A DNA stretch of 64,000 nt from Camelus dromedarius (lineage: Eukaryota): NCBI RefSeq assembly GCF_036321535.1, contig NC_087437.1, forward strand, positions 121,708,001 through 121,772,000. The letters run 5' to 3'. A program made the position numbers and the translations under genes. Shown in pieces: positions 24,661 through 36,408 of the stretch (position 1 is the first letter of the stretch; each line of letters opens with the position of its first letter). The notes under the pieces were generated by a model. It was not told the DNA's origin, ran no database searches, and saw nothing but the letters and a program-made list of their open reading frames with translations.

Positions 24661-26594
24661 CCCATCCTGCCTCTGGCCCCGCAGACGCATGTTTGTCCCA
24701 CACGCATCCCGCACAAGGGAAACACGAAACACGCCCCGCCGGGGGCTGGCGGTGCCCAGGGCCATGTGGATGCCGCATCCTTGTTGGAATGACTGCAACC
24801 TCTCTGTTACCTAAACTCGGGGAGCCTGTCTCTTTGACCCGGTGACCCCCTGTTTGGAGAGCACCTGCCGTCGGTCAGTTCAGCAGCAGGAGCGCACAGA
24901 CCAGAGATGCTGGGGGGCCCGGTACCGGCACCGCCAGGTGGGCTGGGGAGCGGGCCAGAGCAGGGTCCCCTCAGGGCGGCCTGTAGGGCTCAGAGTCACC
25001 AAGGGTGGGGGCAGAGCGGGAGTGAGTGGTCGCTGGGCCGTGGGAGGGAGGGCCGGCGGCTTCTGCGTCCTCGCCCTTGTGCGTCGCAATACATGTGCGA
25101 TGCTTTGACACTTCAAAGAATCTGACAACGTAAGCCTTTTGTTTCCATCGCCCATCGGGTCTCCCATCTCCGGGTCTGCGGTTCCCCCCGGTGGCTGGTC
25201 CCTGGCATGACAGCCCTGCGCTCGGGGACCCAAGGTGTCCTCTGCGCACAAAACCTGTCTCCACTCGGAGCGTAGTTTTCCTCAGTTACTGCTACTTGGG
25301 ACCGTTCTGGGCACGTGAACCCAGAGAGGCTCTGGGTTTGGCGGGCAGTCTGTCTGCACAGAGCCTGGCATCTGAAGGGCTTTCGTGCACACGGGCCTGC
25401 GAGGGGTTTATGGGCTCCGTCCGGTCTGTGTTCAGGGAGAAGCAAAGTTGGACCAAAGCGTCTGCACAACCCCGTGAAGGCTGGTGGCCCCGACCCCCAG
25501 CCCGGGCCTGTCCTTCCACCCGTCCCTGTCGCCAGCAGCCCTGGAAGGGCAGGAAGCAGGCGCCCGCGGGGTGGGCTGGCTGACAGCCCGTCGCTGGTTT
25601 TCGGGATATCTTGGGGGTGGAGAAGGAGGTCGTGGCCCAGACCAGCTGTTTCCTGACTGTTCTGGCACCAGCGTACCGACCAGCCAGGCCCCTGGATTCT
25701 GGGTGGAACTGATGCATCTCCAAGCAGGTGCCCTTCAGTTGGTAGGGTGGGGGTTGGGGGTGGGATTGCAAAGCATCCAGAAGCCCCTGGGGGTTAGGGG
25801 CGCTGATGTCTCCCCTTTGGCTTCTCAGCCCATGAGGTGGGCCCCTGAGTGGGTGGCCCATTCAGAGAGCGGCCTGGGGTACCCAGGCTCCAGACTAGGG
25901 CCAGTCTCTTCCAACAGGGCCTGGGGTCTTTTTCACACGTCCTCTGGAGGCAGCCAGGGTCTGCTGTGATTTAATTTTCCACCCACCTGCCCGTAGGACT
26001 CACCTGAGAGCTTTCCCAACTCCTGAGGCCGACTCCACTCCAGGCCCGGGAGACCACGGCCCCTGGCCCGAGTGCAGCCTCAGAGCCCTGGGTGCTGGGA
26101 AGGCAGGAGCAGGGCTGGGGCCGGGAGGGGCATCGCACCTGCGTTGAAGGAGATGGGTCAGCTTTGCTGGCTGCGCTGGGTGTCCTCACCGCACCCCAGG
26201 ATGGGCACCCTGGGGGCTGTCCTGCCTCCTCCTGTGGCCGGGCCCTGGGGGCTAAACAGACCATCCTCGGGGGAACCCCCTTCTGGGTCTCCACTCTGGG
26301 GCAGGGTCTGTCTGGACCCCTGTTCTCTCGGGGGAAGCTGAGCTTCGTCAGTCCCCGCCCTTGGGAGGCCCCCGCGCCCCTCTGTGTCTCTCCTGACACC
26401 CACCTGCGGTGTTACAGGGAACAAAGAAGGCTTTATTTTCCTTGGAGGAGGAGGCGTCAGCAGAAGGCAGTCTATGCCTCCGAGACCCTGGGCAGAGCCC
26501 CCTCAGTGCGCCCTGACGGCTCGGGAAAGCTCTGCTCGGGGGGCTTGCCGCTCCCACAGGCCTGCCCCGCACTGCTCCCCTGTCCCTGGTAACC

Positions 26595-26990
26595 CTGGGG
26601 GCTCCTGGAGGTGCCGTCACAAACCGCCACATGATGGGGACCTAAAATGAGAGAAACCGATTCTCTCCCAGCTCTGAGGCCATGGAGTCGCAGGGCTGCG
26701 CCCCCTCCGGGGCTTCAGGGGAGGGTCCTTCCAGCCTCTCCAGCTCCTGGGGGTCCAGGCGTCCCTGGCTTGCGGCCACATCGCTCCTCCCCCTGCCTCC
26801 GTCTCCACGTGGCCCCTCCCGTGTCTGTGTTTTCTGTCCAGGCCCCTCATTGCTGGCTCCGCGGCCCAGCTGGGATGACCGCATCTTGAGATCCTTGACC
26901 GTGCCTGCAAGACCTTCCCAACAAGGCCGTGTGCGTGGGGGGTTAGGGCGTGGGCGTGTCTTCTGGGGACACCGAACATGCTGTGGTGTC
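26595..26990 (-). mobile_element. MLT1C-like solo LTR (GC-shifted)
   Basis: gccgtcacaaaccgccaca...attctctcccagctctg...ccttccagcctctccagctcctggggg...ggatgaccgcatcttgagatccttga...tgcaagacc. Confidence 0.75.
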
Positions 26991-29413
26991 TCTGACACTT
27001 GGTCCTGCCATCCTGTGAGCCTCTCTGGCCCCTGGGGCGTGACATGGATGTGTCAGCCTGCGGGTCACACCACCCAGTGACCAAGCAGTGCAGAAAGGAC
27101 AAGAAACGCCCTCTCGGACCAGTGTGTCCACAGTGCCCGGCCTGGCCGCCAGCCTCACCCACCTGCCCCCCCAGCCGCCCCGCAGAGCCCCGCACGCACT
27201 CAGGCCCCGGCCAGAAGCCGCTCCAGGGGGGAGGGGGGCCCCGAGGGGGGCCCCGGGCCCAGGCCTGGGGGTGGGGGATGGAGGGTCGGGGTAGGGGGTG
27301 GCTGGGCCAGGACTGACCCGGAGGATGGTCCGGACGGGGAGGGCCCAGGTCACGGCTGTCCTGGGGAGGCATGCTCACCACGTCGTCCAAATCCTCGTGG
27401 GGCCTTGCGTGGGCTGGGCCGGCCTGGGCACCCACCACGGCCCCCTGGGCCCACTGCCCTGGGCCCGGGCCCCGCTGGGCACTACCCCCCCGACTGTGAG
27501 AAACAAACCACGGGCCTTGCCCGCCCCGCGCGTTCCTCTCGTTCTGCTTGATTTTACCTGCTTGTGAGTCTGCGTTTATAACCTTCACGGGCGTGCGACA
27601 GGAACAGGGACAAGATGGCACCCGGATGTCCTCTGTCGTCACGGTCAGCACGGCACCACCGCCCCCTGCGAGCGTGTCGCCACCCCACGTCCTCCTCCCC
27701 CCGGCCCCCACTTCCTTGGTGGCTTGGGGTCGGCAGGCATCAGGCAGCGGCGTGCGGGCCGACCCGCCGGTGGACGAGCTCGCCCAGGCCAGGTCGCCCA
27801 CCCTGCCGAGTCTGCAGCCCCTTCCTGGAGGGCACGCTGAGAAACGAGGAGGGGGCTGCAGCCCCTGGAGCCTTGGGCTCCTGCCTGGACCCACCGGGAC
27901 CCCCAGAGCCTGGCCCCTGTGGGGTGCGCCGCTCCTGAACCCCGCAGAGGCTGGCTGGGGCCGGGTCTGCCCAGGATCTGGGATGGCTCTGCCGAGGCAG
28001 CTGGCTGTGGGGCCTCCTCCCTGCTGGGCGGCTGGCCCTGGGTGGTTCCTGTGCGGATGGGGGCACAGAGCCGGCCGGGTGCCGCCTGTGCGGTGATCCA
28101 GGGTCAGGAGTGGGTGCGGGGCCCCCACTGCGCCCGGGTCCAGCCTGCCTTCATCTGCCCTGGGGCCACAGTCCTGCAGGGAGGCTGGGGCGTTGGTGGA
28201 TTCAGGGTGTCGGCACGTGAGAGGTGCCTGACCTGCAACCCCAACCAGACCAAAGCCCGGTGCTCACAGATGGAGGCTGGGCAGGCCGGCCACTTCCCAC
28301 CCCTCCCCGTGGGAACCCCCCATGTGAGCCTGCCCTCCAGCCTCCCAGTAAAAATCCAGTTAATGAGCAACCCGCCAGGCCCTTAAAAAGTAATAGGGCT
28401 GCTCACTGCTTTGAAGGTCTCTGCGGGTTCTCTGTCCTCTCTGCTCCCCATGCAGCCCTGCCCCGAGGAGCCCAGCTCCCGGCTGGTGGGGGGCCCTTGT
28501 GGTGCCTGAACCCCATCCACCCACCCTACCTGGCAGCGAGCCCCGGCTCCTGACGTGTTCTTGTGGATTTTAGGAGGTCCCAGGGGCTGGGGCTGTCCTG
28601 TGCCGGCATGTAAGGTTGAGGGGATGGACCCACATTCAGAGTGTCCTTTCTCCCCTTGTCACTAAGGAATGTGACGCTCTGTGGTGCCAGGTCCCCGGGC
28701 GCTCAGTGGAACAGTAGTCAGATATTAATGTCTTGGATCAAGAGCTTTCATCTGAAACGCTGGCTCCCCGGTGCCCCAATGTGTGCAGACACTAGAGGAC
28801 TCTGCACCTGCCGAGGAATCCAGGTCTCACAGCGACGCCAGCCTGGCTGACCTCAGCACTCCTGGAAAGGGGACCGTCCTCCCCACGGGTCCGCAGGACT
28901 GCCTGTCCCCTCCTAGGTGGCTGAGCGGGTGTCTGGCCCTCCCAAGCGGGAGGCACGTCACTGCACACGACTTTGGTGTCCGTGTTTGGGGAACCCGCTT
29001 CCCTGGCTTGTCGTCTTCCGAGAGGCGCCATCTCTGTCGCGTGTCCGGGGCCGTCGCTCCCCGTGTCCTTTGCTCCCCCGCCTGCTTCAGCTCCTGGGCC
29101 CACTTCATGGTGGACTTCCTGCACGGCAGCTGACGCGTCTCAAGCACCGAGAGCAGGGCAGGGCGCACCGCTGGGGCTCAGTATGTATTTGTTGAATGAA
29201 GGAAGGGACTGTGTCCCCACGAACCAGGTGAAGAATTAACGCACAGGGATGTGGCTCCGGGTTGGGCCCTGAGCGGGAGGGTCCCTGCTCCCCGCGCCGG
29301 CCAGTGGGTGCCCACCTCCCGCCCCGGCTCCTGACGTGGTGCAGGATGGCAGAGAGGCTGGCGGTCCCCAGGGCCGGAGTGTGACAGCCACCCGCCTCGT
29401 GCAGAGTGAGCAC

Positions 29414-29639
29414 CGGTGAGTGTCAGTGAGGAGCTGCAGAGCGGGGTGCAGGGCGTCAAGGACCACAAGAGGCCCCGGTGCGCACACTGTGAGCTGGAGA
29501 ACTCGAAGCCCCTTAAACGTGAGGCCCTGTGTTCTGTGAGAGGCTTGTGGCAAGCTTGAAAAAACACCGTTAGCAGCAAAGACAGCAGTGTCCATATCCT
29601 CGGCTTTTTAAAAATTGCAAATCCTCCCTTTTATCAGTC
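29414..29639 (-). pseudogene. Antisense candidate exon with one stop
   Basis: cttttactcatttttag| (G)LIKGRICNF*KAEDMDTAVFAANGVFSSLPQASHRTQGLTFKGLRVLQLTVCAPGPLVVLDALHPALQLLTDTH; donor weak. Confidence 0.6.
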
Positions 29640-29944
29640 CTAAAAATGAGTAAAAGTGCCTAGGAATTTATAAAGGAAAGAAATACTTTCATTGAATGTG
29701 TTGAAAACATCAATCTCACTAACAAATAAATGCAAATGAAGCAGCCATCAGGACTGTGCGGTTTGAACAGCATGGCAGTCCCCTCAGCTCTTGTTCCCAA
29801 CAGTTCTACTGAGCTATAATTCACGTGCCATAAACTCGCTAACCTCCAGTGTTCGATTCAGTGGTTTTTAGTATGTTCAGAGACGTGGGCAGCCATCAGC
29901 ACGGTGCGTTGTAGAACATTCCTATCACTTCGAAAAGCAGCCTT

Positions 29945-30326
29945 TATTTCGCCGTTTGCAACTACACGGGTGGACTCGGAGGGCTTTGTATTCAGCGAAA
30001 TAAGCCAGACAGAGAAAGACAGACACTGTGTGGCATCACTTATGTGTGGAATCTCAAAAAATACAGCAAACTAGTGAATACAACAAAAAAGAAGCAGACT
30101 CACAGACGCAGAGAACAAATCAGTGGTTCCCGGCGGGGGGTGGGGGGGTGGCAGCAGGAGTGGGGGAGTGAGAGCTGCAAGCTACTAGGCACAAAGTCAG
30201 CTACAAGGGTATAATGTGCCCCTGGGGCACAGCCAGTCTTTAATAATAACTATAAAGTGTACAACCTTTAAAAATTGCGACTCCTGAAACATACAGCATG
30301 GTACAGCAACTACCCTTCAGTGACAA
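29945..30326 (+). mobile_element. Short 5'-truncated L1 3' end nested in the older L1
   Basis: gccgtttgcaactacacgggtggac...gaaataagccagacagagaaagac...cacttatgtgtggaatct...cagactcacagac; host L1 3' UTR resumes afterwards. Confidence 0.8.
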
Positions 30327-31896
30327 AGGAAACCTTTTTAGCTGTCACCCCAGCTCTAACCAACCAGTAATCTATGCTCTGTGGATTTCCTTGTCTGTAT
30401 ATTTCATGTAAACGGGATTGTAAGTATGTGACCTCTGTGTCTGCCTTCTCTCCCTCCCTGAGCACAGTGATTTCAAGGTCCTTTTCATGGCTGAGTCATA
30501 TTCCGCTGTGCGGATGGACCGCCTTCCTGCATCCATTCAGCAGTTGAGGGACACTTGGGTTGTGCCACTTTTGGGCTAATGTGCCGTTATTAACTTTTGT
30601 GCACAAGTTTCTGTGTGGATGTGCTTTCGGTTTTTTTGGTATACACCTTGAGGGAGATTTCTGGGACGTAGGGTAACTGGTTAATCATTTGAGGACCTGC
30701 CAGACTGTTTCCCCCGTGGCTGCCCTGTCTGACACTTCTGCCAGCAGAGGATGAGGGCGTGACTTCTCCACGTCAGTCCACCGCTTGGTGCAGCTTTTTG
30801 GTTCCAGCCATCCTAGTGGGTGTGAAGTGTGTCTCGCTGTGGTTCTCAGTGGCGCCTCCCTGATGGCCGATGGCAGCGAGCGTTATTTCGTGCCTTACTG
30901 GCCATGGTAGGGCTTCACTGAGGAGTGTCTATTCCAGTTCTCCACCTGTTTTTAAAAAACTGGACGATTTGTCTGTTTATTGTTGGGTTGTAGGATTTCT
31001 TCATGTATTCTAGTCGCACAACCCTTACTGGGTTTGTGATTTGCAAATAATTTCTCCCATTCTGTGTGTTTTTTTTTTCACTTTCTTGTGGTGTCCTTTG
31101 AAGTGAAAAAGTGTTCAGCTTTGATGAAGTCCAATTTACCTATTTTTTCTCTGTTGCTGAGGCTTTCGGTGTCATATCTAAGACTCCTTTGTCAAACCCA
31201 GGGTCATGAAGATTTATTCCCATGTTTTCTCCTAAGAATTTAACAGCTTTAGCTCTTATATTTAGCCCTTTGATCCATTTTAAGTTAAATTTTTGTATAT
31301 GGTGTGAGATAAGGGTCTAACTTCATTCTTTTGTCTGTGACAGTCTGATTGTCCCAGAACCTTTTGTTGAAAATCCTGTTTTTCCCCCACTGGATAGTTT
31401 TGGTGTGCTTGTCAAAAATCAGTTGACTATATGTGGGAATTTATTTTAAAACTCTCAATCCTATTTCATTGATCTATCTGCCTTGGTGCCAGTGATGTGC
31501 TGTCTTGGTGACTTAGCATCGTAGTAAGTTCTAAAATTGGGAAGCATGGTTCCTCCAGCTTTATTCTGACCTTACACAGTGTTCTGACCCAATACTATGA
31601 ACAGCAGTATGTTAGCAAACTAAGTAACTTAGATGAAATGAACCAATTCCTAGAAAGGTACAAATTACTAAAACTCTGTAAGAAATAGATGGTTTGAATA
31701 GATCCGTAACAAACGAAAAGATTGAGTTAATAATCCAAAAACTCCCCATGAAGAAGGCCCTGTTTCCTTGCTGAATCTCACCATTTAAAGAATCAAAACC
31801 AGTTCCTCACAAACTCTTTCGGAAAAGAGACGGCGGAGCACTTGCCCACTTACTTTGTGCGGCCAGTATTACCTAGTTACCAAGACTAGACAGACA

Positions 31897-31897
<1 letters not shown>

Positions 31898-31930
<33 letters not shown>
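31898..31930. repeat. (CA)16 microsatellite within L1 ORF2
   Basis: Uninterrupted CA run. Confidence 0.95.
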
Positions 31931-31936
<6 letters not shown>

Positions 31937-32692
31937 CACAGACGAATATCACACATGACGCGAGCACAAGAATCCTTAAAGTACTGGCAAGCCAAATCCA
32001 GCAACGCAGAAGGAAACGCACACGGTGACCGGTGGGCTTTGTTCTGGGATGCAAGTTAGTGTCTGAAAGTTAATGTACTACACCATGTCAGTCAGAAGAA
32101 TAAAAAATGAAACTCACACAGTCGTGTCAATATACACAGCAAAGGCGCTGGAAAAATCCAACACCTCTTCATGGTAGGAACATTCAACAAACTAGGAATA
32201 GAAAGGGAACTTTCTCAAGCCAACAGAAGGCATCTCCAAAAGCCCTGGCCTAACACCGCCCTCCCCAGTGACAGGCTGCCCCGCCCCGCCCCGGATCGGG
32301 GACCAGACAGGGACGTCTGTCCCCTCTCAGCACTTCTGTACTCTTCACAAGTGACACAATCTTACACATGTTAATTCCTAAGGAATCCAGTAAAAAACTA
32401 TTCAGACTAATGAATAAACACAGAAAGGTTGCAGGATACAAGAGCAACATAAAAAACCAGTTGTGTTTCTTGGTAACTTGCCATGAACAACTGAAAAATG
32501 AAATTAAGGGAAAAATTTCATTTACAAAACCATCAAAAAGTAAAATATCTAAGAATAAATGTAACAAAGAAGTGCAAAATACATATTTTGAAAACTAAGA
32601 AACGATGTATAGGGAAAATAAGGGAGATCAGAGTAAATGGAAAACATTCCATGTTTATGAATTGGGAGACGGCGTTACGGTGGCATCACTCC

Positions 32693-33714
32693 TTGTGACT
32701 GGCAAAGGCTTAATTTCCTACATACAGAATCAGCTCACGCAACTCAGTAACAGCAACAACGAAACACCAGACGACCCAACCAAAAAAGGGCCGAAGACCG
32801 AAATAGACATTTCTCCAAGGAAGACATACCATCCAGATGGCCAACAGGCACATGAAAAGATGCTCAGTATCACTAATTATTAGAGAATGCAAATCAGAAC
32901 TACAACGAGGTACCACCTCACACTGGCTATCGTCAAAAAGTCTACAGATAATAAATGCTGGAGAAGATGTGGAGAAAGGGGAACCCTCCTACACCCACTC
33001 CCAATGTGGTGGGAGTGGAGTTTGGTGCAGCCGTTACGGAAAACAGTATGGAGTTTCCTCAGAAAACTAGAAACAGACTTAGCATTTGATCCAGCAATCC
33101 CACTCCTGGGCATATATCCTGAAAAGATGAAAACTCTAGTTGAAAAGACACCTGCACCCCAATGCTCACAGCAGCACTATTTACAACAGGCAAGACGTGG
33201 AAACAACCTAAATGTCCACTGACAGATGACTGGATAAAGAAGATATGGTGTATGTACACAATGGAATACTACTCAGCCATAAAAAAGAATAAAATAATGC
33301 CATTTGCAGCAACATGGATGGACCTGGAGATTGTTATACTAAATAAAGGCAGACAGAGAAAAGCAAATATCACGGTATCACTTACATGTGGAATCTGAAA
33401 AAAAATGATACAAATGAACTTATACTTATAAAACAGAAACAGACTCACAAACGTAGAAAACAAACTTATGGTTACTGAGGGAAAAGGGTGTGGGAAGGGA
33501 TAAATTGAGAGTTCAGGATTAACAGATACACTATATATAAAATAGGTAACAAATCCTACTGTTTAGCATGGAGAACTACATTCAATATCCTGTAATAAAC
33601 CATAATGGAAAAGAATATGAAAACAAACATACATGTGTATGATTGAATCACTGTGCCATACACTAGAAATTGACACAATATTGTAAATCAACTAAACTTC
33701 AATTTTAAAAAAAT
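32693..33714 (+). mobile_element. Younger 5'-truncated L1 (ORF2 C-terminus and 3' UTR, cetartiodactyl/camelid-like)
   Basis: ORF2 C-terminal peptides ([12 protein letters not shown]...[36 protein letters not shown]), A-rich tail, target-site duplication tggcatca(c/t)tcc at 32681-32692 and 33715-33726. Confidence 0.92.
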
Positions 33715-33920
33715 TGGCATCATTCCCCAAAACAGCCGACAGAGCCAATGCAGCCCCGTCAGGTCCCAGCTGGTGTCTTGTAGGAATTGGCAAACCGATC
33801 CCCAGTGTCCACGGGGAATGATTCACGGGGAGTAGGGCACCCAGAACAGCCGATCTTGAAAAAGAACGAAGTAGAGGAACCCTCAGTTCTTCGAGAAGTT
33901 TTTAGAGCCTGTAAACATAC

Positions 33921-34293
33921 CCCCTTTGCTTTGGGTGGAGCTCAGATGATTCACATAGAGTCCAAAGTCTGACTGCACATTTAGAGCTTTTGTTTCGCGA
34001 AAATGAACCTAAATTTCGTCGAGTAAGAGAAGTTGGTGATGTCAGAAGAGGGGAGGTGGCGTGCGGCTCCTGGCCCTCCGGGCAACCTGCCAGGGGGGTT
34101 TGAAGGCTCAGCAGGGCTGACGCCCACGCGCAGCCCCCCGGATGAGGACTGGTGCCTGGGAAGCCGTCCTTCCTGGCCTCTGCTGAGTCACCTGCATTTC
34201 TGCAGACCAAGCTGATGGACAGGCTATTCCAAGAGGACGTCAGGAGGAGCCCCCCACCTCCCTTGCGAACTTCCTTAGGAGAGTGTCTCAAAC
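33921..34293 (-). pseudogene. Antisense candidate exon with stops
   Basis: ccttcctgcag| ...HHQLLLLDEI*VHFRETKALNVQSDFGLYVNHLSSTQSKG G|gtatgt; phase-1 end matches the acceptor at 29639. Confidence 0.6.
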
Positions 34294-35603
34294 CTGCAGG
34301 AAGGTTGGTGCAGTGTTGGCTCAGGTGCGTCCTTCACCTTGACTCACCTGTAACACCACCACCTTGTTACCCAGGTGCTCTCGTCGCCTTCCGTGTCTGT
34401 GCCCACGGACACGCATCTCCGTACATGAGTGACCGTGTGCATGCTTGTCCACACGGCCCCATCTGCGCACACACGCGTGCGCACAGCCCGTGCAGGTGCA
34501 CACACGCTTTCCTTGGTGAAGTGAGTGGTGGCGTCCTGATCGCTGCGCCGACACCCGCAATGGTTCCTCCCTGCCCCCTGACAAACGGGTCATGTCCAGA
34601 CAGCCTCCAGTACCCCAGTAACGTCCTTTACGAAGTCGGCTCTTGCCTCTGCTCGGTGGCCGGGGAGCATCGGGGCACCATGTGGCACCACGTGCCACCT
34701 GGTGCCGTAGCTTCTCGGCCTCTTACTCTAGAGCACACCCCCTGGCTCCGTCTCACCTGACTTGGAGATTTTTGGAGAGCCCGGCCAGCTGCTCTGTGAA
34801 ATGGCCCACAGTCCCAGCTGCTTCCTCATGTTTGGATTCAGGCTTTTGGTGCATGCCCTGGACAGGACCGTGTAGCCTCCGTGTGGCCTTCCATTGGTGG
34901 CCATCAGGTGGCCCAGGGAAGGTGCCTTTTCCCCAGGATGCATCTGCCTTCAGGATCTCTGCCATCCGACCACCTTTCCCCTCCACTGGTGGCCCTTCCA
35001 GCAAGAAGCCTCCACCTTCCAAGGGCCAGCTCTGCGGGGGCCAAAGGGTCTCCTGTGTGTCACCATCAGCCAGCGGTGGGGTCATGGGAGCACCCACCCA
35101 GCTCAGTGCTGGGCAATGCTTGGTGTTTATTGGGAGCCTCTGTTACCCCCGTAGAGGAATTTGGGTTTGGGGCCGGGACAGCCTTCTTGCCACCAGGAAG
35201 CACCGCCCACCCTGTGCTATGTGCAGGCAGCGGGGTCACCACCCTCAGGAGGGCTGGGGGACTCCGTGGAGGGCAGTGCCCCTGGGGGAGAGGTGAACAC
35301 GGAGTCTCTGCTCACCCCCACCAGGGGGAGACGGGCTACACCACACCTGAGGATGAGCGGGAGGGGTCTGGACTGCCTGGTGGTTAAACATCAGACAGTG
35401 TCGCAACGTCCCTGTCGCTCTCACTGGCGGTGGGGCCAGGCGGGTCCTCGGATGCCCGACACCCCCAGGAAGGGGAGGTGCCCGTGGCCTTGACCTGCAA
35501 CCCTGGCTGCCCAGCCTCCCCCCGATGGCCACCTCGTGCCACTCAGTCTTCAGGGCAACCCAGGGGCGGGTCGTGGCCAGGAGCAGAGGCTGGGAGAGGA
35601 GAC

Positions 35604-35856
35604 CTGGCGAGGTGCCCGGCTGGTGAGGTGACCCAGCCAGAATGCCGTCAGACCCTACAGCAGCAGAGCCTTCCACAGGCATCTCAGGAGCTGCGGCCAG
35701 TACCACTGTGGCTCGAGAAAGTCACCATGGCATGCGGAGTTGGGGCGAACATTCAGATGCTCTGGACAACTCTAAGCCAGTTGCACCACAGAAAGATGAA
35801 AAGTCACTTTCCATTTAGAAAGGACTGGAAATGTGCCCATGGTGGACTTATCTTGC
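35604..35856 (-). pseudogene. Antisense candidate exon with two stops
   Basis: catccag| QDKSTMGTFPVLSKWKVTFHLSVVQLA*SCPEHLNVRPNSACHGDFLEPQWYWPQLLRCLWKALLL*GLTAFWLG; donor position uncertain. Confidence 0.55.
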
Positions 35857-36321
35857 CTGGATGTGCCACCACCCTGGGGAGCCTGTCCCCGAGCTGGGAG
35901 TGCTGGGACCGTGGTTTCCCAGGCCGGCTCCCTGGGGGCTCGGGGACACCTACCAGGGCTGGCTGGCTGCTCTCAGGCCTTGTAGTCTCTGGTCCCCGAG
36001 GGAGAGCGGCCCCCAGGGCCACCTGGGTTGGGTCTGTGAGGGACACTGCTGGCTAGGGGGGCATCAAGGGGCGGGGGCTGGCGAGGAGTGGGCGGGGTGG
36101 GGCGGAGGACGCGGGCCGGTGGCTGCTGTGGTTCCTCCAACCCCTTGTCCCGCCGCCTTTGGGCCGCGTGTGGGCAGCCCGGGCAGGCCCGCTGGAGGGG
36201 CCTCAGGAGAGATGTCCGCCGTGGGCCCTGGACGCTGAGGCCCCGCGGAAGAGGTCCTGTAAGCTGTGCGAAGCAGGCTGCTCCCAGAGCGCAGCCAGGC
36301 CGTCGGCCCCGGGCAGCTCAC

Positions 36322-36408
36322 CTCTGCGTCCCTCGGAGTTTCTCTGCGCACATGTGGGTGTTTTGTGCTTCTAACAAATGAAAATAAAAGACCACATTAT
36401 TCAGGAAT
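36322..36408 (-). pseudogene. Antisense candidate exon (open frame)
   Basis: ggttcag| FLNNVVFYFHLLEAQNTHMCAEKLRGTQ |gtgagc; 87 nt, phase 2/2, in frame with the block starting at 35856. Confidence 0.65.

Larger units (their letters stand above)
29793..33879 (-). mobile_element. Old L1 with 5' inversion: 3' part on - strand (29793-~31585), inverted ORF2 part on + strand (~31590-33879)
   Basis: Minus part runs from the 3' UTR to the ORF2 KNKAGG region. Plus part runs from the YYEQLYANKL-like region to the KKNEVEE (KKNKVGG-equivalent) region. Flanked by ccctcagctctt (29781-29792) and ccctcagttctt (33880-33891). Confidence 0.8.

Noticed and set aside
26617..28128. 503-aa minus-strand ORF
   Set aside because: Runs through an MLT1 LTR and GC-rich low-complexity sequence; at most a small part (~27557-27660) may be an exon of the antisense fossil.
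32837..33398. L1 ORF2-like ORFs as an active element
   Set aside because: ~1-kb 5'-truncated copy with frameshifts; no ORF1, endonuclease or RT domain.
35838..35840. Strong Kozak ATG (ccaccATGG) as the start of the antisense gene
   Set aside because: Lies 16 nt inside an exon that joins in frame to an upstream exon (36408-36322), so it is probably an internal Met.
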